Shown one piece after another: positions 49,300-64,000 of a DNA stretch of 64,000 bases. The notes under the pieces are model-generated. The model was not told the DNA's origin. It searched no databases and saw only the letters and a list, made by a program, of their open reading frames with translations. Numbering within the stretch: position 1 is the first letter of the stretch; each line of letters starts with the position of its first letter. Position numbers and translations under genes: made by a program. The stretch is from Cyanophora paradoxa CCMP329 (taxonomy: Eukaryota > Plantae > Glaucophyta): the NCBI GenBank assembly GCA_004431415.1, contig QPMI01000220.1:62001-126000 (forward strand), read 5' to 3'.

Positions 49300-50820
49300 T
49301 GCGGGGCGCTGCACTACGCCCCATCGCATCGCCAACGCACCGGGCGGTCCCCTCGTGCCCTCCGAAGGCCGCTCTATGCAACGCGGTGCCCCCCGTGGAT
49401 AAGCTGTCAGAATTGAAATTGACGTCGGCCCCGCGGTCCAGCAGCAGCCTGCGAGCGCCGCATCAGATGCCGCTGGCACCGGAGGCTCCCATGGCCACAG
49501 CGCCAACATTGCAGGGAGAGCCAGTGCTAGCGCTATTCAGCGCGGCGCCGCTCATGGGCAGCGCCCTTCCGTGGCCCTTGCGGGGCTCCCCCTGCGCGCG
49601 GGCCACGCACCGGGCGATCCCCTCGTGGCCTCGGTCGGCTGCGAGGCGCAGCGCTGTCCATCCGCCGTCGTCACGAGCGTTGACGTCGGCGCCGCGGTCC
49701 AGCAGCAGCCTGCGCGCGCCCTCGTCAGATGCAACGTTAACCGGCGGCAGCACCCGCGGCCGGCGGCCCCCTGGCGTCACATGTACACCAGGCACTGGGC
49801 TCCTCTATTCCGGAGCCCCCGGCCGGTTCTGAATGGGCTTCTCTATTCCGGAGCCCTTCCCTTGGGCCTTTAGCCTATTGCGCTTGCGACTGCAGCCCAG
49901 ATTTGGCGTGTCGCGCTCGCGCTGGCGCCTACGTTCCCGATCGTCTATCACGTACGACGTCTACAGCGTACGGGCCGCCCAGCGCCCATCGATGCCCATT
50001 GCGCGCGCGGCTCGGACGCAGGCCACGCACCGGACGATCCCCTCGTGGCCTTTGTAGGCGGCTCTATGCAGCGCGGTGGGTCCGATGTCGGCACATAACT
50101 CTGACGTAGCGATAGCGTTGACATCGGCCCCGCGGTCCAGCAGAAGCCTGCGCTTCCCCCGTCAGTTTCAAACGGAGGCAGCACGCTCTTGCAATTGATT
50201 TCGTTTTCGTCGCCGTCCGCAAGGAGACGCACCGGACGATCCCCTCGTGTCCTTGGTCGGCCGCGTGGCGCAGCGCTGCGAATCCTGACTCGCTGTGAGC
50301 GTTCACGTCGGCCCCGCGGTCGAGCAGCAGCCTGCGCGCGCCCCCGTCAGTTGGAACCGGAGGCACACAACCTCGCCATCGGTTTCGCTCATAATTAGGA
50401 GAGCTGGTGCTATTCCGCGCGGTGCCGCCCATGGCCAGCGCCCTTCCGTGGCCCTTGCGGGGCTCCCCCTGCGCGCGGGCCACGCACCGGGCGATCCCCT
50501 CGTGTCCTCGGTCGGCTGCGAGGCGCAGCGCCGTCCACTCGGTGTCAGCACGAGCGTTGACGTCGGCCCCGCGGTCCAGCAGCAGCCTGCGCGCCCCCCG
50601 TCAGCTCAATGGAGCCGCCCAGCGCCCTTCCTCGGCTTGGCGCACCGGCCGGTCCCCTCGTGTCCTCCGTAGGCCGCGAAATGCAGCGCGGTCTGCCCGC
50701 AAATGTCCTTGGCGTTGACGCCGGCCCCACGGTCGAGCAGAAGCCTGTGCACGCCCGGTCAGTTGGAATTCGAGGCGCCCGTCAGGCACACATTCACACT
50801 GGAATCTATTCACGCGGAAC

Positions 50821-50851
<31 letters not shown>

Positions 50852-51326
50852 ACCTCTCCCCCCCTCCCCCTGCCCCCCCCCCCCCCCCCCCCCCGGCACC
50901 TTCGCGTTCCCCCCTCGCCCCCCTCTCGCCCTCCCCCACCCTCTCCCCTGATATACTTTCGTACCTGGCAACGTCTTCGCGCCCAGCTTCGCAAGAGACC
51001 ATAAGAGCGGTGCACATTCCCTTGTCGTCAGGGTCCACGGCGTCTGCAGGTGCGCCGGCGTCCAGCTGCTCCCTGCAGGCGCATCGACGCTTCAGCCGCA
51101 GGGCGCGCCCGCGAGATGAAGCTACGAGATGGCCACAGGCAGTCGCACCGGACGGCGTTTAAGTTTCCATCTTTAGTCGCGGCGTGGAGCTTCTTGGCCA
51201 GATCGGCGGCAGCTGCAGAGACCGCATCGGCTGCAGCGGAGGCAGCTGCGTTTGTCCGCGCTGGCGGCGCTGGTGCTGGCGCTGGAGCTGCTGCGGCCTG
51301 CTTCGACCCAGTCCCACTGCCCGCCC

Positions 51327-51382
<56 letters not shown>

Positions 51383-51623
51383 GCCGGCTTCCGCTCGGCC
51401 GCGGATGAGACGGCGCCGGAGCTCGCGCTGTCAGGGCTCCCGCGCGGTAGGAGCGATGTGCGATCGCCGAATGCGACGTCGCGGTCGACCACGTCGCTGT
51501 CGAAGCCGATTCCTGCACCCGCAGCTGCAGCTGCGCAACGCATACAGTACATCAATCAATCATGATCAGCTGCAGCTGCAGCTGGCCGCCGCAGCGGTGC
51601 GCTCGACTCACCATGGGATCCAT
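44777..51623 (-). CDS. Ankyrin-repeat TRP-family cation channel, multi-exon (start and S2-S4 splicing uncertain)
   Basis: About 10-11 ankyrin repeats (LLLDRGADVNA...TALH.AA..GHEG..R), pre-S1 AHRFVQRYVNRIW, DFFNCIDW, LRLLEFGYVSEALGPMLTVLGQ|MAKDIF (S4-S5), pore LYFAVLGE, S6 VLLLNVLTGLF, APFNLL and a C-terminal coiled coil. Confidence 0.82.
48560..50750 (-). repeat. Tandem array of nine ankyrin exon+intron units
   Basis: Nine exons each start LLL(D/E)RG and end at R|gtgcg. Unit 49550-49720 is near-identical to 50428-50597, including intron sequence. Confidence 0.88.
49259..49295. repeat. (AC)n microsatellite in an ankyrin-region intron
   Basis: acacacac... run. Confidence 0.9.
51326..51380 (-). 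repeat. (GGAGCC)n hexamer repeat encoding a poly(Pro-Ala) linker in the TRP N-terminus
   Basis: gagccggagccg... tandem; translates to KPAPAPAPAPA in the ankyrin frame. Confidence 0.8.
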
Positions 51624-52156
51624 CCAAAGTAGAGAAGGGAACAAACGTGACTGCGCCGGAGAGAGACGTTCGAGCTGCGCATCGATGTAAGAATTCGAAC
51701 GCGGCGAGCGCGTCTTACACAGCGCAGGCAGTCCAGGCGGAGAGATTGGACCACGCACCGCTCTCCTCTATGATAGAGCGCTCGGAGCCCGAATGGCCAG
51801 CCGCAGGCGACCGCGCGAGGCCGCGCATGATTCGCTGAGGAGGGTCAGCGACGACGAGCGGCGACGGAAGCGAGATCAAGATGGTCATGTGCGCACGCTC
51901 GAGGCAGCTGGGCAGCTTCTTTCGCTCCGAACTACGCCTCCTCTTTTTTTGCTCCACACTCTACCGGTACCCCCGTCTCTTCTCCTCCCCCATCTGCGCT
52001 CTGGATCCGCGCGCCGTCGCCGCGCGCCGCCGCGCCGCCGCCCAAAACTCGCCGCCGAGTTAACTCTCTAACAAGGGTCACCAATTGCAATATCCTTGCA
52101 TCTCCAAGCACACAGGCTCTAGATCTGGAACTTCGACGTGCACCGCGCACAGGGCG

Positions 52157-54779
52157 CTAGAGGAAGAAGGGGACTCTGGCCGCGAGCGCCTCGATGTCCA
52201 CCGGGGGCGCGGCCGCCCGCCCGTCCTCCTGCCCGTCCTCCTCCTCCGCCGCCGCCGCCGACGACGCGGCGGGAGCTCCCTCCGCCAGCGCCGGCTGGTG
52301 CGGCCGCTGCTGGCCGTGGGGAGGCCCCGGCGGGTGCCGGGCGGACCCTGGAGCGCCCCCGCGGGGCCGCTTCGCCGGGGGCGGGTGCTCCCCGCGGCGC
52401 CGCCCCGCCGACTCGAACAGGAAGCCCGCCTCGTCGTCCTCCTCGCCCCGCTCGCACGGCACCAGCACGTACCCTGCCCCCGCATGAGCCGCCGGCGGGA
52501 AAGAGGGGGGTGGAAGGGGTGGGGGTACCGCAGAAGGGGTCGTCGAGGAAGGCGGGGAGGTCTAGCGGGGGGTACGGGGCGTGCGGGAGGGCCCCCAGGG
52601 AGCACGGTACCTGCGGGTAACGCGTCAGCGCCTTCCCTCGTTTCCTGCGCCGCCAAACAGCGTACCCAGTCCACGCAGCGGCGCCAGGGCCCGGCGGCGG
52701 GCTCGCCCCCGGAGCCGCGGGTCCGCCCGCGGCCGCCGCCGCCGCCGGCTCCCCCACAGCGTCCTCCTCCATCGGGCTCGGCGAGGCCGGCGCCGAGGCC
52801 GGCGCCGCTGCCGCCGCCGGCTGCGGCGGGGCGCGCCGGGCCGCGAGGCGCGCCGCGAACGCCTCGAGCTCCTCCAGCGAGGGCCCCGCACCGCCCTCGC
52901 CGTCCTCGGCGGGGCCGCCCCCGCCGCCCCGCCGCGCCAGCGCCTGCCCCGCGTCAGACCGCGGCCGACGGCGGGGCGGGCGGGGGAAGCGCGAGTAGGG
53001 GGGTACGGCGCACGGCGTCCATGGCGGCCTCGAGCGCGGCGGCGACCTTCCGGAGGCGCTCGCCGTCGCCGCCGGCGGGGCGCACGGCCGCCGCGCAGGC
53101 GCGGACCACGCGGCGCGTCCACGCGTTGGGAAAGTCCAGGCAGAGCTGCAGGGCGGCCCGCGCGACGGCCCGAGGGCGTCCCCTTCGCGCCGGCGCGAGC
53201 CCCGCCCCGGCCGCCTCGCCCCCGCCCGAGCCGTTCAGGAGGCGCTGCGTCCACCGCACCAGCTGGTCCCACCGGTCTGCCCCCTGCGCACCGCCCCCGC
53301 CCGTCACATCGCTTCCAGCGGGGGACGGCGCGGCCCGAAGCGCACCGGGGGTCCGGAGGCGCCGGCGCCGGAGCCGCCGCGGGCGGGCGTGCCGGGGGCC
53401 TGGGGCGGGAAGGCTCCCGGCGGGGGCGGCTCCTCGGCGATGCGCTGCGGCGGAATCTGAGAAGACCGGCGGGCCCAAGGGAACAGGCGGGAGGGGACCT
53501 GGACGGCGAGGAGGAGGACGGTGGGGGCGAGCTGGGGCCACTGCTCGCCCATGGCCTCCAGGGCGGGGCCCATCACCGCCGCGCACCGTTTGAACCGAGC
53601 CGCTCCGCTCGGCTCCTCCGACGACGAGGACGGCGGCGGCGGCGGCGGGGCGCCCGGGACGCCCTGCGAGGGCTCGGGCGGGGCCGGGGCGAGGAAGCCG
53701 CCGTCCAGGAGGAGGGGCACGAGCTGGCCCTTGAGGTCGTCGGGCGAGACGGCGCGGAGGAGGGCCCGCAGGGCGCGCCCCGCCAGCCGCCGCTTCTCTG
53801 CGCGCCGCCGAAGAACGTCAGGCCGCGCCGCGCGGGGCCCTGGGCAGGGGGCGCGCCTTTCTTGGCCCGCCGCATGCGCTCCTTCGCCTCCCGCTTCTCG
53901 CCGGGGCCCAGCCCGGGCGGGACCGCCTCCGCCTCCTCGTCCAGCGCCTGCGCGCCCCACTCCCGGATCAAATCTCGGCGGGGCGGATCGAATTCTCGGG
54001 AGGGGCGGGGGCGCGCCGCGGCCTGCTTCTCGGCGTAGGAGGCGAGGAGCTGGCGGAAGGCGCGGGGCCCCTCGCGGAGGCGGGCCTCCTGGGCCTCCCA
54101 GTACGCCTCGCGGAGCCAGTCGAGGGCGCGGGCGGCGGCGACGCGGAGCGCGGGGAGCGCGGGGAGCGCCTTGTGCGTCGCCTCGTGCCGCAGGTCGACG
54201 AAGAAGCGCGGCAGGTTGAGGCCCGCCGCGAGGTCCCCCACCGAGGCCGCCGTGCGGCCCTTCTGCGCCGGGTCAACGATCCCGTTCACCATCCTGCGCC
54301 CCCGCGTGAGCCGGCCGGCGCCGAGGGATCGAGGGATCGAGGGGTTTGGGGCGGGCGGTACCGGAGGACAGCCATCGAGTACATGAGGCGCAGGCGCATG
54401 TCGTCGTGCGCGTCCACCTCCAGGGCCGGAGCGTGCGCGCTCGCCCGCCTGCGGCGCGGAGTTGGTCCCGCGCCCGCGCGGCGGCGGGATCGATCGGGCC
54501 CGGCACACTGCGGGTCGGCGAGCACAGCCTCCAGGAGGATGGCAGTCGCCTCGACGGCGATCGGGACCTTGCCTCTCGCCATCCAGGCCGCGATCTGCGC
54601 GCTCGCGGCGTGAGAGAAGCGCTCGCGGTGCGCTGCGGTCGCTGCCGCGTGCCCGCTCCACGGCCTAGGCGCCAGCAACGCACCCGCTTGAGCGCAGAGT
54701 GCTGCAGGTCATTTCTGTTCGAGAAGAGCGATCGGTGCACTAGCTGCCACTCGCCCCAGTGCGTCCATGGCACGAGCAT
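52157..54779 (-). CDS. LAS1: LAS1-like pre-rRNA ITS2 HEPN endoribonuclease, multi-exon
   Basis: MLVPWTHWGEWQLV..|IAAWMARGKVPIAVEATA..LRLMYSMAVLR|MVNGIVD..LPRFFVDLRHEATHKALP.L..LR..A..ALDWL..YW, containing the Las1 R-x4-H HEPN motif. Confidence 0.93.
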
Positions 54780-55016
54780 GGCTCTTTCACTTGCCGCTGT
54801 TCAGATGCCCCTGAACAAGCTATGCGCTTCTGCCAGGAAGTTCCGCAGATCGCGCTGTACCCTTCGCCCGCCCAAGCCAACTTCCCGTTTCACGCGTCCT
54901 CTGCAGCATCCAGCGATCTCTCGCACCCGGAGCAGCATCCAGCGATTCGGCCACGGGGCGATGCGGTGAGGCGGTCGAGTCATCGCAGCTGAACGACAGC
55001 GAGCGTGCGAGCGACG

Positions 55017-55522
55017 ATGGATCAGGAATCGCCGTACGAGAACTTGATCAACCAGGTCGCGAGCCTGCTGGAGACCGCCGGGCGCGCCGTCGCGGATCTC
55101 GCCCAAGCGGACAGCCCCAACTTCAGCGAGAACTTCAACCGCGCCGTCGCGCAGTACTATTCCACGCTGAAGGTGCGAGGCGCGTCGCGTGCAGCCTGCG
55201 CCGACCTGACGCGCTGCGTTGCAGAGCATCCAGGCGGAACTACGCGCAGCCATTCCCAAGCACACGGACCGGAGGCCCTTCGTCCGCACCGCGTGCGCCC
55301 CCTAGGCCTCCGCCGCCGGCTCGCTCTCGCCCAGCCCCTCACCGGGCGCGCATGCGCAGGGACGGCGCGAAGGCGGAGCTGAAAGCCTCGCACGACCGCG
55401 CGAAGGAGGTGCTCGAGCTGCTGCAGAAGTCGCTGGCCGCGCTCGAGCCTCCATCCGGAGCACTGCCCGAGCCGGCGCCGGAGCCCCTCGCGGACGGCCC
55501 CTCCCGCATGAGCCTGTCGTAG
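55017..55522 (+). CDS. Probable Mediator subunit 11-like small helical protein, 3 exons
   Basis: QVASLLETAGRAVADLA..F..AVAQYYSTLK|SIQAELRAAI..RPF; size and helical pattern resemble MED11. Confidence 0.55.
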
Positions 55523-55632
55523 GCCACGCAGGCCCCGTCCTCCCCCGCCCCCCCCCCCCCCCCCCCCCCCTCCGCTGTGAAAGCGGCCTAGTTTGAAATT
55601 TATAGTATAGCGTAAGACGAGCGGCTCCGGCG

Positions 55633-57992
55633 CTAACTCCTGCTGGGGGAGGAGATCACGGAGGGATGGCTCGCGCTGCGGGACATGACGAGTCGCATCT
55701 CCTCCGGCACGAGCGTCTCCGGCCACACGTGGTACTGGCCCGGGCCTGCCGCCGCCTCAGCAGGGGCCGGAGGGGGGGGGGGAAGGGGAGGGGGGTACCC
55801 GGGGCCTGGTCGCCCTTCCTGTAGCCGAAGCGGTCGGCGGTGCCGATGGAGGTGCCGCTAAACTTGCGCAGGCTCTCCACCTGCCGCCCGTTCCTCGTCC
55901 GCACGTCGTACGAGCCCGGCGCCGGCGAGTCCCGCCCTGCCCCCCGCCCCAGAACCCGTCAGCGCGCGCGTACCCCCGAGCGCGAGGGCGGGCGGGCGAA
56001 AGGCGTACCCGGGGCGGAGCGGAGGAGGGAGTCGCCGTGGCCGTCGCCGAAGCCCCACTTGGGGGTCTCCCCGATGCTCGTCGGCGGGTCGTACTGCCCG
56101 GGGCCCGGCTGGAGGGCGCCCCGCGCGTCCGGCGCCGACGCCGCCCGGTCCGAGCCGTAGAGGCGCCACACGCCCTTGCGCCCCACCTGCCGGTCGTAGC
56201 TCCCCACGTACTGGCCCGGCCCCGGCACCTCCGCGTTCGGGTCTGCCGGCCGGCGGCGCGTGAGCGGCGGGCAGGCGGGGAGGCCGGGCGGGGCGGGGCG
56301 GGCGGACTGAGGGGCCGGGCCTTGCCGTAGAGGCTCCAGCGCCGCGTGCCGCCGTCCTTGACCGCGTCCAGCCCGTACTTGTACGCCCCGGGCCCTGCAC
56401 AGGGCCAGCTCAGCCCGGCGCGGGGGCGGGGCGGGGGCGGGGCGGGGCGGGCGCACCGGGGCCGTCGGCGTTGGCGGCTGCGGGAGGCGCGAGGCGGTGC
56501 CGAATCCGAGGAGGGGCCGAGGGCGTGCGCCCCAGCACCTGCCGCCCGCACGCCCCCGGCGCCTCGTACGCCGGGCCCGGCCCGATCCGCGCTGCCCGAA
56601 ATCAGGCCGGCCCCGGCGCGGCGCGGCGGCGCCTGGCGGGCGCGTCGCACCGGGGTCCTGGAGGGGGATGCGGGGTTTGATGGCCATGGCGGGGCTCGCC
56701 CCGGGCGCCCCGATCGTGTTCCGGTACACCGCGTCGTACGCCCTGCCCCGCCCCGTCGGCCACGCGCCGGCGGGCGTACTCCGGCAGAGCAGAGAAGGTT
56801 CGCGTACCCCGGCCCCGGGGACTTGGCGCGCTCCCTGGAGACCTTCCCCCGCGGCTCCGACCCGAAGGACGTCTGCGCGGGGCGGGCGGCCTCGGCGGGG
56901 GCGCGAGAGAGGGCGGGCCCCGGGCCCGGGCGGCGGACCCTGGGCGGGTTCTTCCAGTAGGGCTTCTTGGGGTCGTACTGCCCGGGCGCCGGCTTGGCGT
57001 CCGACGCTGTCGCGCGGCCCGTGAGGCGGGGCCGGCGGGGGCGCGGGGCGGGGCCGAGTCTCTGGCGGACCCTTCTCGACCTCGTTGCGCTGCCCGAAGG
57101 AGTGCTTGGGGCCCTCCCCCGTGGACACCGGAGGGTCGTACGCCCCCGGCGGCGGCGTCGCCCGGAACTGCTCCGCTGGCCCCGGGCGTCACGCGGCGCC
57201 CGGCGGCGGGGCAGGGCGGCGCCCTCGCCCCTCAGCGGCGCGCACCGATCGTCTGCTTGGTCCGTATCCTGGGCTCGGAGCCGAACTTCCACGTGCCCTT
57301 GCGCCCCACCTGCCTGTCATAGATCCCCTGGTACTGCCCCGGCCTGCCGCCCGTGTCAGAGGCGCCGGCTCCAGGGCCCCGCAGCCCGCGCCGCGGCCGC
57401 GCACCCCGGGAACTCGTCCTTGTCCGCGAGGTCCACGCCGCGGCCCTTGAGCGCCGGCGGCGGCGCGCTCGGCTTCACAGCGTCCACGCTGTAGTAGTAG
57501 TGCCCGGGGCCCGGCGAGTCCGACCGCCCGCCTGCGCCCCGCCCTCAGATGGCGCCCCAGGGCGAGCGGGCGGGCCGCAGAGGCAGCGGGCACCCGCGGG
57601 GTCCTGCGTGTTCTTGTATCCGAACGAGAAGGCGGAGCCCTTCTTCCGCACGGAGTCGCCCAGGTCCGTTCGCTGGCGCGGGACAAAGTTAGCTGCCGGC
57701 CAGGCGGGGCGCGGGGGCGCGCCAGAAGCGCGCAAACGGCGTAGCTAAGCGCCAGAATGTTCACCTCCACTCTCCCGTAGGTGGCCGGCCCCGGCAGCGT
57801 CTTGGCCTCTTTCACCTGGGCCGAGTCTGCATATGACCGCGTGCCGAAGGACCACTTGGGCGCTATGTTGTAGGTGGGCGTGTTCGTCCCCTCTGCGCTC
57901 CGAACCGAGAGCGCCGAGGCCTGCCGGCTCATCCCCAGCCCGCCAACGGAACCAGGGGCCGGGCTGCCGGAGCGGCTCCCTTCGGCCGGCAT
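55633..57992 (-). CDS. ODF3/SHIPPO-1 (CIMAP1)-like PG-rich repeat ciliary protein, multi-exon
   Basis: Repeated PGPATY/PGPGHY/PGPGQY/PGPGAY/PAPGQY/PAPGSY motifs with KWSFG/AFSFG/HSFG spacers; ends ..SSPSRS*. Confidence 0.88.
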
Positions 57993-58111
57993 CTTGCTGC
58001 TGGCTGTGGATTGGGGCTGTTGGATGGTGCTTTTGCGTGCTGCTGTTTCGGTTGTTTTCTTTCTGCAGGGGTACACTCCTTTCGCAAGTTTGTCAGGTCG
58101 CCTACTTTGCC

Positions 58112-63504
<5,393 letters not shown>

Positions 63505-64000
63505 GCCGCGAATAACGAGGAGCAGGAGGTGGAGGTGGGACTCTCTAGGCTGCATGCTGCCGCCAGCCCTGCGAGATGCTGCACCGACGTCTGGTTATCG
63601 TTTGCGGATTTTCGTCAAATTCCGCTTTTATTCTTTCCGATGTTTTTAATGGAGTTTTGTATGTGACTCAACTTTTCACTTCCTGGAACTTCGCTCAGCT
63701 TTAATTTGCTTCGCGCGGTCAACGTTTCCGTAGTGAAGTTGGAAATGGGTCACGTGCACGTGCATACTTGTCAGTAAGAACCAGTAAGAACTGTCAATTT
63801 TTCAGTGACGTAAACAGCCAGCGCCGCCCAACGTGCACGTGCCCAGCCAGGGCCAGCGCAGATCCAGAGCCCACTTGCACGCGCCCAGCCCGGCCAAATG
63901 CATTGCAATTGGCCGCCGCGCCAGTATACGTAGCGCTCGCATCATCGTAGCCCTAACATCATAGCGACGGCATGCACATGCACATGCGCAGCTAGGTGCA

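Overview
Very GC-rich, gene-dense nuclear DNA from a eukaryote with many short (mostly about 50-100 nt) spliceosomal introns. The supplied ORF track is largely shadow ORFs, so I rebuilt genes by hand-splicing. The organism is probably a flagellated alga with a primary plastid. A glaucophyte such as Cyanophora is my best guess, inferred from an F-containing transit peptide without a signal peptide plus ciliary genes. Sixteen genes in order: XPB/ERCC3 (3' part), ARL13-like degenerate GTPase with coiled coil, divergent Rab, a ~16 kb giant Cys-repeat membrane protein, secreted CotH-family kinase, plastid-targeted ABC-F, dUTPase, carotenoid cleavage oxygenase, NIT2 omega-amidase, a coiled-coil protein, FBXO9-like F-box protein, ankyrin-TRP channel, LAS1, MED11-like, ODF3/SHIPPO and an NPHP3-like STAND-TPR protein. 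The most unusual signal is that unconstrained DNA is built from chains of overlapping 4-6 bp palindromes. A decayed ~500 bp copy of the ABC-F promoter and transit peptide shows these chains arising as insertions relative to the intact copy, which points to a palindrome-accreting mutational process. Other notable signals are frequent AG|GC donors, an orientation-independent intronic GGGGTAC motif, one-repeat-per-exon TPR and ankyrin arrays, a 7-nt microexon, and divergent genes whose ATGs are 21 nt apart. Exon boundaries were read by eye and some are approximate.
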